A stretch of 64,000 nt of DNA, from assembly GCA_963822915.1 (NCBI GenBank), contig CAWGJR010000027.1, forward strand, positions 23,657 to 87,656, read 5' to 3'. This DNA is from an uncultured Actinomycetota bacterium (lineage in GTDB: Bacteria > Actinomycetota > Actinomycetes > Propionibacteriales > Nocardioidaceae). The position numbers and the translations under genes were made by a program. Below the pieces are notes generated by a model. The model did no database searches and was not told where the DNA came from. It saw only the letters and a list, made by a program, of their open reading frames with translations. Positions 50,256-60,564 of this stretch are shown piece by piece; the first letter of the stretch is position 1; each line of letters begins with the position of its first letter.

Positions 50256-50385
50256 CTGCCGATCCTACAGATCCGGATCGGTGGCCGGCCGGGGCTCCGG
50301 TCGGTGCGGCCGCGAGTGCTTGTAACTCACCGTTGTGACGTCCAGGAGGCCGTTCGACGGGTGTGGTGGTCGTTCCAACGGTGAG

Positions 50386-51319
50386 TTACAAGCCTCGGCC
50401 GAGCGCGCGCACGACCGCCGACGGGCTCGGGCGGCCGAGGTGGCCGGCCATCCACGTGCTCGTCTCGACGAGGGAGGACAGGTCGACGCCGTGCTCGATG
50501 CCGAGGCCCGTCAGCAGCCAGACGAGGTCCTCGGTGGCGAGGTTGCCGGTGGCGCTCTCGGCGTAGGGGCAGCCGCCCAGCCCGCCGGCGCTGGCGTCGT
50601 ACGTCGTGATGCCGGCGCGCAAGCCCGCCTGGACGTTGCTCAACGCCTGGCCGTAGGTGTCGTGGAAGTGCAGGGCGAGCCGGTCGACCCCGACCCCTGC
50701 CTCGACGAACGCCTCGACCAGGGCCGTGACGTGACCGGCGGTGCCGACACCGATCGTGTCGCCGAGGCTGAGCTGGGAGGCACCGAGGTCGAGCAGGCGC
50801 CGTGCCGACCGAGACCACCTGGTCGATCGGCACCGCGCCCTCCCACGGGTCGCCGAAGCACATCGAGACGTAGGCGCGCACGTCCATCCCGGCGGCGCGG
50901 GCGCGCTCCACGGTCGGGGCGAACATGGCGAGCTGCTCGTCGAGGGTGCGGTTGAGGTTCTTGCTCGCGAACGTCTCGGTGGCCGAGCCGAAGATCGCGA
51001 TGTGGCGCAGGCCGAGCTCGAGGGCCCGGTCGAGACCTCGCTCGTTGGGCACCAGCACGGGCAGGTCGCGACCGGCCTCCCCCAGCTCGCCCATCAGGTC
51101 GGCGGCGTCGGCGAGCTGTGGCACCCACCGCGGGTGCACGAAGGACGTGGCCTCGACGACCGGCATCCCGGCAGCGAGCAGACGTCGTACGAACTCGGCC
51201 TTGACGGCGGTGGGGATCAGCGCCTTCTCGTTCTGCAGGCCGTCGCGGGCGCCGACCTCGTAGATCGTCACCCGCTCGGGCAGGTCGGGTGCGGGCACGG
51301 TCATCGGCAGCGTGCTCAC
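50386..51319 (-). CDS. Hydroxymethylglutaryl-CoA lyase, frameshift near 50800
   Basis: EVGARDGLQNE, LHFHDTYG, GGLGGCPYA..GNLATED. Confidence 0.95.
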
Positions 51320-53211
51320 GGGGCGGCCTCCTCGACGACGAACAGCGTGGCGCCGAGCACGACGGTGGCCCCGACCGGCGCGCCGACCTCGGTGACGGTG
51401 CCGTCGAAGGGCGCCTTCAGGGCGTGCTCCATCTTCATCGCCTCCATCACGCCGAGCACGTCGCCGGCGCTCACGGTGTCGCCGACCGCGACCCGGACGT
51501 CGAGCAGCGTGCCGGGCATCGGGGAGGTGATCGCCCCGCCGCCCACCGCCGCCGCGCCGGCGAGGCGGTCGGGCGGGGTGAAGACGTGACGCTGTCCGTG
51601 GTGGGAGGCCTCGAAGGTGCCCGGCGTGACACCGCGGCCGGGCTGCACGTTGACGACCACACGGACCGGCTCGCCGTCGACGTCCGCGGTGAGCACGTGG
51701 TCGGCGGCCGAGAGCTGCACGAAGGCGACCCCGTCGACGGTGCCCGCGGCCCGGTCGACGACGACGTCCTGGTCGAGCTCGACCAGGGTCGGCGCCGGCG
51801 CCGAGCCCATCCGGAAGCCGTCGGAGGCGAACGCGCCCTGCCCGCCGTGGGCGGTGAGCATCGCGGCGATCCACGCGGTCGCCGCGCGGGCGGTGGTCGC
51901 GTCGGGAGCCGGCACCTCGGCGGTGTCGAGCCAGGCGGTGTCGATCGTCGCGTCGCGGAAGTCGTCGCCCGCGACCAGCGCGCGCAGGAAGCCGGCGTTG
52001 GTGGTGAGCCCGAGGATCGCGGTGTCGTCGAGCGCCTCGACGAGGGCGTGCCGCGCGGCCTCGCGATCGGGACCGTGGGCGATGACCTTGCCGAGCATCG
52101 GGTCGTACGACGTGGAGACGACCTGGTCGGGCTCGAGGGCGTGGTCGACCCGGATCCCCGGCACACCCGTCGGCCACCGCACGATCGACGCCGTACCGGC
52201 CTGCGGCAGGAAGCCACCGAAGGAGTCCTCGGCGTAGACGCGCGCCTCGATCGCGTGACCACTGAGCCGTACGTCGTCCTGCGTCAGGCCGAGGGGCTCA
52301 CCGGCCGCGACGCGCAGCTGCAGCTCGACGAGGTCGATGCCGGTGATCGCCTCCGTCACCGGGTGCTCGACCTGGAGGCGGGTGTTCATCTCCAGGAAGT
52401 AGAACTCGCCGGTGTCGTTGTCGAGGAGGAACTCCACCGTGCCGGCGCCCGTGTAGCCGACGTGGGCGCTCAGGTCGACCGCCGCCTGCCGCACCCGTTG
52501 GCGGGTCGCCTCGTCGAGGGTCGGGGCGGGCGCCTCCTCCAGCACCTTCTGGTGGCGGCGCTGGGTGGAGCAGTCGCGCTCGAAGAAGTGCAGCACCGTG
52601 CCGTGGGTGTCGCCGACGACCTGGACCTCGATGTGGCGACCACTCTCGACGTACTTCTCGACGAGCATCGTGTCGTCGCCGAACGCCGCCAGCGACTCGC
52701 GCCTCGCGGCGGCCAGCGCCTCGGCCATCTCCGACTCGGACCGCACGATGCGCATGCCCTTGCCGCCACCGCCGGCCGCGGCCTTGACGAGCACGGGATA
52801 GGGCGCGTCCTGACCGGTCGGCACCACCGGCACCCCGGCGGCGAGCGCGATCTCGCGGGCCGCGTCCTTGCGACCCATCTGCTCCATCACCGCCGCGGAC
52901 GGGCCGACCAGGACGATGCCGGCGTCCTCGAGGGCTGCGGCGAACGCCGACCGCTCGGAGAGGAACCCGTAGCCGGGGTGCACGGCCCAGCACCCGAACC
53001 GACGAGCGGTCCGCACGACCTCGTCGACGTCGAGGTAGGAGGAGACCTGCGCCGCCTCGTCGCACGCCCGCACGTGCGGCGCGTCGGCATCGAGGTCGGT
53101 GTGGATCGCGACCGTCGGGAGCCCGAGCCGGGCGCAGGTCCGCGCGACCCGGATCGCGATCTCGCCGCGGTTGGCGATCAGGACACGCATCGAGGAGTCC
53201 ATGTCCGTCAC
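51316..53211 (-). CDS. Acyl-CoA (3-methylcrotonyl-CoA) carboxylase alpha subunit: biotin carboxylase plus BCCP
   Basis: [45 protein letters not shown]. Confidence 0.95.
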   Translation of the reverse strand: MTDMDSSMRVLIANRGEIAIRVARTCARLGLPTVAIHTDLDADAPHVRACDEAAQVSSYLDVDEVVRTARRFGCWAVHPGYGFLSERSAFAAALEDAGIVLVGPSAAVMEQMGRKDAAREIALAAGVPVVPTGQDAPYPVLVKAAAGGGGKGMRIVRSESEMAEALAAARRESLAAFGDDTMLVEKYVESGRHIEVQVVGDTHGTVLHFFERDCSTQRRHQKVLEEAPAPTLDEATRQRVRQAAVDLSAHVGYTGAGTVEFLLDNDTGEFYFLEMNTRLQVEHPVTEAITGIDLVELQLRVAAGEPLGLTQDDVRLSGHAIEARVYAEDSFGGFLPQAGTASIVRWPTGVPGIRVDHALEPDQVVSTSYDPMLGKVIAHGPDREAARHALVEALDDTAILGLTTNAGFLRALVAGDDFRDATIDTAWLDTAEVPAPDATTARAATAWIAAMLTAHGGQGAFASDGFRMGSAPAPTLVELDQDVVVDRAAGTVDGVAFVQLSAADHVLTADVDGEPVRVVVNVQPGRGVTPGTFEASHHGQRHVFTPPDRLAGAAAVGGGAITSPMPGTLLDVRVAVGDTVSAGDVLGVMEAMKMEHALKAPFDGTVTEVGAPVGATVVLGATLFVVEEAAP

Positions 53212-54764
53212 ATCCTGAAGATTCCGTAGCGGGGCTCGGGCACCGGCGCGCACGCGGCAGCCGCCAGGCCCATGCCGAGCACGCGGCGGGTGTCGACGGG
53301 GTCGATGACGCCGTCGTCCCAGAGGCGTGCGGTGGAGTAGTAGGCCGAGCCCTGGGTCTCGTACTGCTCGCGGATCGGGGCCTTGAAGTCCTCGATCTCC
53401 TGCTCGGTCGTCCCGGGGGTCGAGAGCTTCGGGTTGACCGTGGCGAGCACCGACGCGGCCTGCTCGCCGCCCATCACCGAGATCCGTGCGTTGGGCCACA
53501 TCCACAGGAAGCGCGGGTCGTAGGCGCGACCGCACATGCCGTAGTTGCCGGCCCCGAAGGAGCCGCCGATCACGACGGTGAACTTCGGCACCACCGAGCA
53601 GGCCACCGCGGTGACGAGCTTGGCGCCGTCGCGGGCGATGCCGTTGTTCTCGTACTCGCGCCCGACCATGAAGCCGGAGATGTTCTGCAGGAAGACCAGC
53701 GGGATGCCGCGCTGGTTGCACAGCTCGATGAAGTGCGCGCCCTTGCGCGCCGACTCCCCGAAGAGGATGCCGTTGTTGGCCACGATCCCGACCGGGTGAC
53801 CCCAGACGTGCGCGAAGCCGGTGACGAGCGTCTCGGCGTAGAGCGCCTTGAACTCCTGGAACCGGGAGCCGTCGACGATCCGCTTGATCACCTCGCGCAC
53901 GTCGTACGGCGTGCGGGTGTCGGTCGGCACGACGTCGTAGAGCGTCTCGGGGTCGAGGAGCGGCTCCTCGACCTCACGCACCTCCCACGGTGCCGCCGGC
54001 ACCGGCGGCAGGGTGTCGACGATGGCCCGCACGATCGCCAGGGCGTGGGCGTCGTCGTCGGCGAGGTGGTCGACCACGCCGGAGGTACGGGCGTGCACGT
54101 CGCCGCCGCCGAGGTCCTCGGCGGTGACGACCTCGCCGGTCGCCGCCTTCACCAGCGGCGGGCCGCCGAGGAAGATCGTGCCCTGCTCCTTGACGATCAC
54201 GGTCTCGTCGCTCATCGCCGGCACGTAGGCGCCCCCGGCGGTGCAGGAGCCCATCACCGAGGCGATCTGCGGGATCCGCGCGGCCGAGAGGTTGGCCTGG
54301 TTGAAGAAGATCCGCCCGAAGTGCTCGCGGTCGGGGAAGACGTCGTCCTGCATCGGCAGGAACGCGCCGCCGGAGTCGACGAGGTAGACGCACGGCAGCC
54401 GGTTGTCGGCCGCGACCGCCTGGGCTCGCAGGTGCTTCTTGACCGTGAGCGGGTAGTAGGTGCCGCCCTTGACGGTCGCGTCGTTGGCGACCACCACGCA
54501 GGGTCGGCCGTGGATCATCCCGATGCCGGTCACCACCCCGGCCGACGGCACCGGCGACTCTCCCGGGCCGCCGTACATCCCCGTGGCGGCGAGCGCGCTC
54601 AGCTCGAGGAAGGGGCTGCCCGGGTCGAGCAGCCGGTCGACCCGGTCGCGCACCAACAGCTTGCCGCGGTCGGTGTGCTTGGTGCGGGCTGCCTCGCTGC
54701 CGCCCTGCCGGGCCGCCGCCAGGCGCTCGCGCAGGTCGGAGACGAGCTCTCGTAGGTCGCTCAC
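53208..54764 (-). CDS. Acyl-CoA (3-methylcrotonyl-CoA) carboxylase beta subunit
   Basis: [53 protein letters not shown]. Confidence 0.95.
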   Translation of the reverse strand: MSDLRELVSDLRERLAAARQGGSEAARTKHTDRGKLLVRDRVDRLLDPGSPFLELSALAATGMYGGPGESPVPSAGVVTGIGMIHGRPCVVVANDATVKGGTYYPLTVKKHLRAQAVAADNRLPCVYLVDSGGAFLPMQDDVFPDREHFGRIFFNQANLSAARIPQIASVMGSCTAGGAYVPAMSDETVIVKEQGTIFLGGPPLVKAATGEVVTAEDLGGGDVHARTSGVVDHLADDDAHALAIVRAIVDTLPPVPAAPWEVREVEEPLLDPETLYDVVPTDTRTPYDVREVIKRIVDGSRFQEFKALYAETLVTGFAHVWGHPVGIVANNGILFGESARKGAHFIELCNQRGIPLVFLQNISGFMVGREYENNGIARDGAKLVTAVACSVVPKFTVVIGGSFGAGNYGMCGRAYDPRFLWMWPNARISVMGGEQAASVLATVNPKLSTPGTTEQEIEDFKAPIREQYETQGSAYYSTARLWDDGVIDPVDTRRVLGMGLAAAACAPVPEPRYGIFRM

Positions 54765-54770
54765 CCGGCT

Positions 54771-54792
54771 CAGGTTAGCGATCGTTAACCTG
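54771..54792. promoter_or_regulatory. TetR operator overlapping the -10 box of the carboxylase operon
   Basis: Palindrome CAGGTTAGCGATCGTTAACCTG; minus-strand TAACCT lies 7 nt before the GTG start. Confidence 0.8.
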
Positions 54793-54877
54793 CGCGTCCA
54801 TGCCGACGACCCGGCGGGGGACCGTTCTCAGCCCTAGGTGCGATGCGCGACGACGCCGAGGGGTCCAGGCTGGGGTC

Positions 54878-55336
54878 ATGGACACCGAGAGCACCCAGGA
54901 CGGCCGCGACGAGCAGCACCGGCGACCCGACGGCGTCTCGGACGCCACCGTCGAGGCGCTCGGCAAGCTCTCCGCCGCGCTGGACCACGTGGAGGACGCC
55001 CGTGGCCACCTCTACGCCTTCCACCGCCTGTGCGGCAGCGCCGAGACGACCCTGGAGACGGCGACCGCGATGCTGCGCGAGGCCGGCCACACCTCGCTGG
55101 CCGACGACCTCGACCACGACGTGCTGGGCCGCAACCCCCTGCCGGGCATGTGGTCCTTCCAGATGGTCGAGGCGTACGACGACGGCTACTACGCCGCAGC
55201 GAAGGGGCTGGAGGCGCGGGCCCTCGACGAGCTGGTCGACGGACGCCGCCACCTCTTCGAGGCCGAGATGAAGGAGCTGCGACGCACGCGTGGCCGAGCA
55301 GGGCACGAGTCGACCCCGACGGACGTCTCGTCGTGA
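54878..55336 (+). CDS. Conserved hypothetical protein
   Basis: RPDGVSDATVEALGKLS..RGHLYAFHRL..GRNPLPGMWSFQMVEAYDDGYY. Confidence 0.8.
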   Translation: MDTESTQDGRDEQHRRPDGVSDATVEALGKLSAALDHVEDARGHLYAFHRLCGSAETTLETATAMLREAGHTSLADDLDHDVLGRNPLPGMWSFQMVEAYDDGYYAAAKGLEARALDELVDGRRHLFEAEMKELRRTRGRAGHESTPTDVSS

Positions 55337-55776
55337 GCGTCAACCGCCGCGTCGTCCGGGCCACCGCCGACGAGGTCTGGGCCGTCCTGGCCGACGGCTG
55401 GCTCTACCCGAGCTGGGTCGTCGGTGCCTCCCGCATGCGCGAGGTCTCCGAGAACTGGCCCGCGGAGGGAGCGCGACTGCACCACTCGGTCGGCTCGTGG
55501 CCACTGCTGCTCGATGACCACACCGAGGTGCTGGCCTGCCGGCCACGCTCCGAGCTCACCCTGCGTGCGCACGCCTGGCCGAGCGGCGCCGCCGAGGTCA
55601 CCCTGCGCCTGCGCGAGAGCGGGCGCGAGACCGAGGTCGTCATCGAGGAGCGCGCGGTGCAGGGCCCGGGTGCGCTGGTCCCCGGCTTCGTGCAGGACCC
55701 GCTGCTCGGCTGGCGCAACGTCGAGACCCTGCGCCGGCTCGCCCACCTCGCCGAGCGGCGTACCGGAGCCGAGTGA
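55333..55776 (+). CDS. SRPBCC/START-domain protein
   Basis: VWAVLADGWLYPSWVVGA..WP..G..HHSVGSWP..RNVETLRRL. Confidence 0.85.
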   Translation: MSVNRRVVRATADEVWAVLADGWLYPSWVVGASRMREVSENWPAEGARLHHSVGSWPLLLDDHTEVLACRPRSELTLRAHAWPSGAAEVTLRLRESGRETEVVIEERAVQGPGALVPGFVQDPLLGWRNVETLRRLAHLAERRTGAE

Positions 55777-55831
55777 GCGGTCCGGTGTCCGACCCGGGCT
55801 GAGCCCGGATCCGGGCTGAGACACTGACCCG

Positions 55832-57124
55832 GTGACCTCGGGAACGCACACGGCCGGCGGCGATCCGCCGTTCCCGGGCCCCGGTTTCACCCGGTTCTGG
55901 GCCGGCGAGACCGTCTCGGCGTTCGGCTCCTACGTCACCCTGCTCGCCCTGCAGACCCTCGTGGTGCTGACCCTCGACGGCGACGCGCAGGACGTGGGCT
56001 GGCTCAACGCGACGCGCTGGCTGCCCTACCTCGTGCTCGGCCTGGTCATCGGCGCCCTGGTCGACCGCTGGCCCCGACGTCCGGCGATGGTCGCCACCGA
56101 CCTGGCCCGCGCCGGCCTGCTGGCGCTGATCCCGGTGGCCTGGGGGCTGGACGTGCTGACCCTGCCGCTGCTGCTGGTCGTGGTGCTGGCCTTCGGCACC
56201 GTGTCGCTGGTCAACGACGCCGCCTCGCAGTCGTTCATGCCGCGCCTCGTCCCCGGTGTCCACCTCCAGCGCGCGCACGCCCGCATCGACGGTGCCGACG
56301 CGGTCGCGCAGTCCGCCGGCCCGGCGGTCGCCGGTCTCCTCGTCAAGCTCGTCGGCGCTCCCCTGGCCGTCCTGGTCGACGCGGTGACCTACCTCTTCTC
56401 GGCGGCCGTCGTGGCCACGCTGCCGGTCGAGGAGCCCGCGCGCGCCTCACGACACGACGGCGCCGACCGCCCGACACCGCACCTGCGTCGCGAGATCGTC
56501 GAAGGGGTGCGCTGGGCCTACGGCGCCTCCGGGCTCGCCCGCCTGGCCGTCTCGACCCACGTGTGGTTCGCCGCCCAGGCGATCCTCGGGGTCGTCGTGG
56601 CTCCCTACGCGCTCCTGGTGCTCGACCTCTCGCCGTTCCAGCTCGGGGTGGCCTCCGCGGGCGCCGGCGTGGGGGCCGTGGCAGGGGCCACCGGCTCGGG
56701 TGCGCTCGGGCGCCTCCTCGGCACCGGCGGCACGATCATCGGCGCCCGCCTCCTGGCCGTCGTCGCGGCCGTGGTGATGGCGTTCGCCGGACTCGGCACG
56801 TCCGGGTGGGCGGCCACCGCCGTGCTCGGCGCCGGGCAGCTGATCCACGGCATCGGCATGGGCGCGAGCAACTCCCACGAGATGAGCTACCGCCAGCGCG
56901 CCAGCCCCGACCACCTCCAGGCCCGCACCAACACCACGTTGCGCTCGCTCAACCGCGCCGTGGTGGTCGTCGGCGCCCCGTTGGCCGGGCTGCTCACCGT
57001 CGTGGCCGGCAGTCGGCCGGCGCTGCTGGTCGCAGCCGCTGTCTTCGCCGCCTCGGCCGTCCTGCTGCTGCTCTCGCCGTTCCGCAGCGTCAGGAGCGAG
57101 CCACGAGCAGGTCACCCGGGGTGA
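55832..57124 (+). CDS. MFS transporter
   Basis: FTRFWAGETVSAFG, GALVDRWPRR, about 12 TM helices. Confidence 0.9.
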   Translation: MTSGTHTAGGDPPFPGPGFTRFWAGETVSAFGSYVTLLALQTLVVLTLDGDAQDVGWLNATRWLPYLVLGLVIGALVDRWPRRPAMVATDLARAGLLALIPVAWGLDVLTLPLLLVVVLAFGTVSLVNDAASQSFMPRLVPGVHLQRAHARIDGADAVAQSAGPAVAGLLVKLVGAPLAVLVDAVTYLFSAAVVATLPVEEPARASRHDGADRPTPHLRREIVEGVRWAYGASGLARLAVSTHVWFAAQAILGVVVAPYALLVLDLSPFQLGVASAGAGVGAVAGATGSGALGRLLGTGGTIIGARLLAVVAAVVMAFAGLGTSGWAATAVLGAGQLIHGIGMGASNSHEMSYRQRASPDHLQARTNTTLRSLNRAVVVVGAPLAGLLTVVAGSRPALLVAAAVFAASAVLLLLSPFRSVRSEPRAGHPG

Positions 57125-57752
57125 CCGACGAGCCGGTGGTCGCGGCATAGCTGCGGTCGATCGTCTCGAGCACCTGCTCCAGCGCCGCCTCCCGTACGTC
57201 GGTCAGCTCGCTGCTGAGCGGTCCGTCGAGATGGAGCACCGCGAAGCCGTGCATCGCCGACCAGCACGTGATCTCGGCCCCGGGACGCTCGTCGGGGTGC
57301 AGGAACCCGACCGCGACCAGGTCGTCGAGGGCGGCGTTGAGGAGGCCGAAGGGGTCGACCCCGGGCAGGATCTCCGCCTTCAGCTCGGGCGCGTCCGGGT
57401 AGGAGCTGAACGCCACGCGGAAGAGCCCGGGCTCCCCGAGCGCGAACTCGACGTACCCCCTGCCGGTCTGGGCCAGGCGCTGGCGCGCCCGCCGCACCGG
57501 GTCGCTGACCGTCACGGCGTCCAGCCGGGCCTGCATCGCCGACACGAGACCGAGCATCGCGCGCAGCGCGACCTCGGCGACGAGGGCGTCGCGGTCGGCG
57601 AAGTGGCGGTAGGCGGCGTTGTGGGACACACCGACCCGGCGGGCGAGGTCGCGCAGCGCCAGCCCCTCGGGCCCGTGCTCGCGCGCGGCGTCGATCGCCG
57701 CCTCGACGAGCGACTCCCGCAGGTTGCCGTGGTGGTAGGTGGCAGCGGGCAT
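57090..57752 (-). CDS. TetR-family regulator, WHG-type C-terminus
   Basis: YHHGNLR..LRDLARRVGVSHNAAYRHF..WSAMHG. Confidence 0.92.
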   Translation of the reverse strand: MPAATYHHGNLRESLVEAAIDAAREHGPEGLALRDLARRVGVSHNAAYRHFADRDALVAEVALRAMLGLVSAMQARLDAVTVSDPVRRARQRLAQTGRGYVEFALGEPGLFRVAFSSYPDAPELKAEILPGVDPFGLLNAALDDLVAVGFLHPDERPGAEITCWSAMHGFAVLHLDGPLSSELTDVREAALEQVLETIDRSYAATTGSSVTPGDLLVARS

Positions 57753-57780
57753 GACCCCGACGATAGCCGATTCGCACCTA

Positions 57781-57833
57781 CATGTTGACACCGCCCACTT
57801 CGCCCGGCATGCTCATGTTGACGCCGCCCACAT
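57781..57833. promoter_or_regulatory. Tandem TetR operator sites
   Basis: CATGTTGACACCGCCCACTT (57781) and CATGTTGACGCCGCCCACAT (57814), 33 bp apart; the first contains TTGACA. Confidence 0.75.
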
Positions 57834-57864
57834 CGGCCCAACCTCACCCGCCAGGAGTCCTCCC

Positions 57865-59409
57865 GTGAGCTCATCGACGCGCACCACCGTCAACAAGCCG
57901 CTGATCCTCGTCACCGTCTGCCTCGCGGCGCTGACCATCAACCTCGACACCACGATCGTCAACATCGCGCTGCCGAGCCTGGCGCGCGAGCTCGACGCCG
58001 ACACCCGCGACCTGCTGTGGATCGTCGACGGCTACAACCTCGCCTTCGCCGCGCTGGTGCTGGCGATGGGCAGCCTCTCGGACAAGTTCGGTCGCCGCCC
58101 GGCGCTCCTCGTCGGCCTGAGCGGCTTCGCGATCAGCACCGGCGTGGCCGCGCTGGTCGGCTCCAGCGAGGCCCTCATCGCGCTGCGCTTCGTGATGGGC
58201 TTCTTCGCCGCGCTGATCTTCCCCACGACCCTGTCGATCATCTCCAACGCCTTCACCGAGCGCCGAGAACGCGCCGCGGCCCTGGGCGCCTGGGGTGCCG
58301 CGGTCGGCATGGGCGTCGCCCTCGGACCCGTCACCGGCGGTGCGCTGCTGGAGCACTTCTCCTGGCACAGCGTGTTCTGGGCGCTGGTGCCCGTGGCCGT
58401 GCTCGCCATCGTGATGACGCTGCGCTTCGTGCCCGAGTCGCGCGACCCCGGCGTCCCCCGCCTCGACCTGCCGGGTCTCGGGGTGTCGATCGCCGCGCTC
58501 GGCACGCTGACCTACACCATCATCGAGGCGCCCGGGCACGGCTGGACCAGCGGCCGCACGATCACCGGGTTCGTCGCCGCGGCGGTGCTCATCGCCGTCT
58601 TCGTCAGCATCGAGCGGGCCGCCGAGCACCCGATGCTCGACGTCACCCTCTTCCTCGACCGCCGCTTCAGCGCCGCGAGCGGCGCGGTGACGATCGCGTT
58701 CTTCGCCCTCTTCGGCTTCATCTTCCTGATCACCCAGTTCTTCCAGTTCGTGCGCGACTACTCCGCGCTCGGCACCGGCGCGCGGATCCTGCCGGTCGCG
58801 CTCAGCATCGCGCTCGCCTCGATCATCGGGGGACAGATCGCGCCGAGGCTGGGGAGCAAGGCCGTGGTCGCGGTCGGGCTCGCGATGCTCGGCTCGTCGT
58901 TCCTCTGGATCTCCGACATCGAGGTCGCGTCGTCGTACCCGCAGACGATCGTGCCCCAGATGATCCTGATGGGACTCGGCCTCGGGCTGGTCTCCACCAC
59001 CGCCACCGAGTCCATCCTGCAGGTGCTCCCCCCCGCACGCGCCGGGGTCGGGTCGGCCGTCAACGACGCCACGCGCGAGCTCGGCGGCACCCTGGGTGTC
59101 GCGGTGATCGGGTCGCTGTTCGCCTCCCTGTACGGCGACTCGCTGGCGTCCCTCCTCGACGGTCGGCTCGACCCCGGCCGGCTCGCCGCGGCCCAGGAGT
59201 CGGTCGGGGTGGCCGACGCCCTGGGGGCGAGCGTGCCCGGCGTCACCGAGGCGATGCAGACCGCCTTCCTCGACGGGACGTCCGTGGGGTGCCTGGTGAT
59301 CGGGTCGCTGTGCCTGTTCGGGTCGCTCGCCGCGCTGATCGCCCTGCCGGGCAATCGCTACCAGCCGGTGGGTGCGCCGGTCGAGACGGCCACGGCCGAC
59401 GCGGTCTGA
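57865..59409 (+). CDS. DHA2 MFS efflux transporter
   Basis: LDTTIVNIALPSL, WIVDGYNL, SDKFGRR, GSAVNDATRELGG. Confidence 0.93.
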   Translation: MSSSTRTTVNKPLILVTVCLAALTINLDTTIVNIALPSLARELDADTRDLLWIVDGYNLAFAALVLAMGSLSDKFGRRPALLVGLSGFAISTGVAALVGSSEALIALRFVMGFFAALIFPTTLSIISNAFTERRERAAALGAWGAAVGMGVALGPVTGGALLEHFSWHSVFWALVPVAVLAIVMTLRFVPESRDPGVPRLDLPGLGVSIAALGTLTYTIIEAPGHGWTSGRTITGFVAAAVLIAVFVSIERAAEHPMLDVTLFLDRRFSAASGAVTIAFFALFGFIFLITQFFQFVRDYSALGTGARILPVALSIALASIIGGQIAPRLGSKAVVAVGLAMLGSSFLWISDIEVASSYPQTIVPQMILMGLGLGLVSTTATESILQVLPPARAGVGSAVNDATRELGGTLGVAVIGSLFASLYGDSLASLLDGRLDPGRLAAAQESVGVADALGASVPGVTEAMQTAFLDGTSVGCLVIGSLCLFGSLAALIALPGNRYQPVGAPVETATADAV

Positions 59410-59461
59410 CCTCGGCGGGCCCACGGCAGGTTCTCGTCGATCCCGGCCTACACTTCGGCGC

Positions 59462-60496
59462 ATGACCACCCCTCTCGGGACCCGGGCCGTGGTGGCCCGC
59501 CGCCTGCTTCCCGCCGCCGTCGCCCTCGGCCTCGTCCTGCCCCTCACGGCCTCCCCCGGCCAGGCCGTGCAGGCGGCGACCGAGTCGGCGGTCGGCGCCG
59601 GCAGCACGCTCTTCGGCAGCGCCGACTCCACCGGAGCGACGTGCTCGGAGACCGGGCAGGGCGGCTTGCAGACCACCACCGTCAACCCCGACGGCAGCCT
59701 CTACCGCAGCCGCGACCGGATGACGCGCACGATCTTCCCCGCGGGCAGACCCTCCGACTCCGCCTCCTTCGACATGCGCGCCTCGGCCACGGCCGCGGTC
59801 GCCCTGTCCGGCGGCGCCCTGAAGGACTTCTCCTTCACCGGCGACGTCGCCGTCATCGGCACCGTCCCGAGCGGGCACGACTGCGACTTCTTCGCCAGCA
59901 GCCTGGCCTACCAGAGCATCGACACGACGCTGCGGCGCGGCTTCCTGCGCCTGCAGGCCTCGGCCACCCGGTCGGCCGATGCGACCGCCGTCCTCACCGG
60001 CCCGGACGGCAACGTCGTCCAGGTCTTCCTGGGCACCCCCGGCCCCCTCGACTACCAGCTCTACGTCGACGGCGGCGACTACAGCATCGACTTCGACGTG
60101 GTCGTCGACCTGCGCCGACCCGAGGCAGCGGGCGACCCGACCCAGACCGCCGGCGGCCTGCGCGCCTCGGGCACGTTCATCGTCCTCGGCGGCGCCCTCG
60201 ACCGGGCGACGGGCAAGGCCAAGTCCCTCGCCAAGCTGCCGGGCAAGCGGTCCTGCGCGAGCAACTCGCTGAAGGTCAAGCTCACGAAGAAGGCGAGGAA
60301 GAGCGCCAAGCGCGTCGTGGTCACCGTCGACGGCAAGCGCAAGGCCGCGACCGGCAAGCCGAGGAAGAACCGCACCCTCGTCCTGAAGAAGATCGGCGAC
60401 ACCCGCAGCGTCGAGGTGGAGGCCACGGTGACCACCAAGAAGGGCACGTCGAGCGTCGACCGCTCCTACGTGCCGTGCTCGCCCGACGCGAGCTGA
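59462..60496 (+). CDS. Secreted protein with Lys-rich C-terminal beta domain
   Basis: Signal peptide ..LPLTASPGQAVQA; KVKLTKKARKSAKRVVVTVDGKRK..RSYVPC. Confidence 0.7.
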   Translation: MTTPLGTRAVVARRLLPAAVALGLVLPLTASPGQAVQAATESAVGAGSTLFGSADSTGATCSETGQGGLQTTTVNPDGSLYRSRDRMTRTIFPAGRPSDSASFDMRASATAAVALSGGALKDFSFTGDVAVIGTVPSGHDCDFFASSLAYQSIDTTLRRGFLRLQASATRSADATAVLTGPDGNVVQVFLGTPGPLDYQLYVDGGDYSIDFDVVVDLRRPEAAGDPTQTAGGLRASGTFIVLGGALDRATGKAKSLAKLPGKRSCASNSLKVKLTKKARKSAKRVVVTVDGKRKAATGKPRKNRTLVLKKIGDTRSVEVEATVTTKKGTSSVDRSYVPCSPDAS

Positions 60497-60540
60497 GCCG
60501 CGCCGGGCCCGCAGCAGTCCGGTGAGCACGCTCCCCGGTG

Positions 60541-60558
60541 GTGAACGATCGCTAACCT
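60541..60558 (+). promoter_or_regulatory. Second copy of the carboxylase-operon operator, overlapping the TetR -10 box
   Basis: GTGAACGATCGCTAACCT; TAACCT lies 6 nt before ATG 60565. Confidence 0.8.
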
Positions 60559-60564
60559 GAGGCG

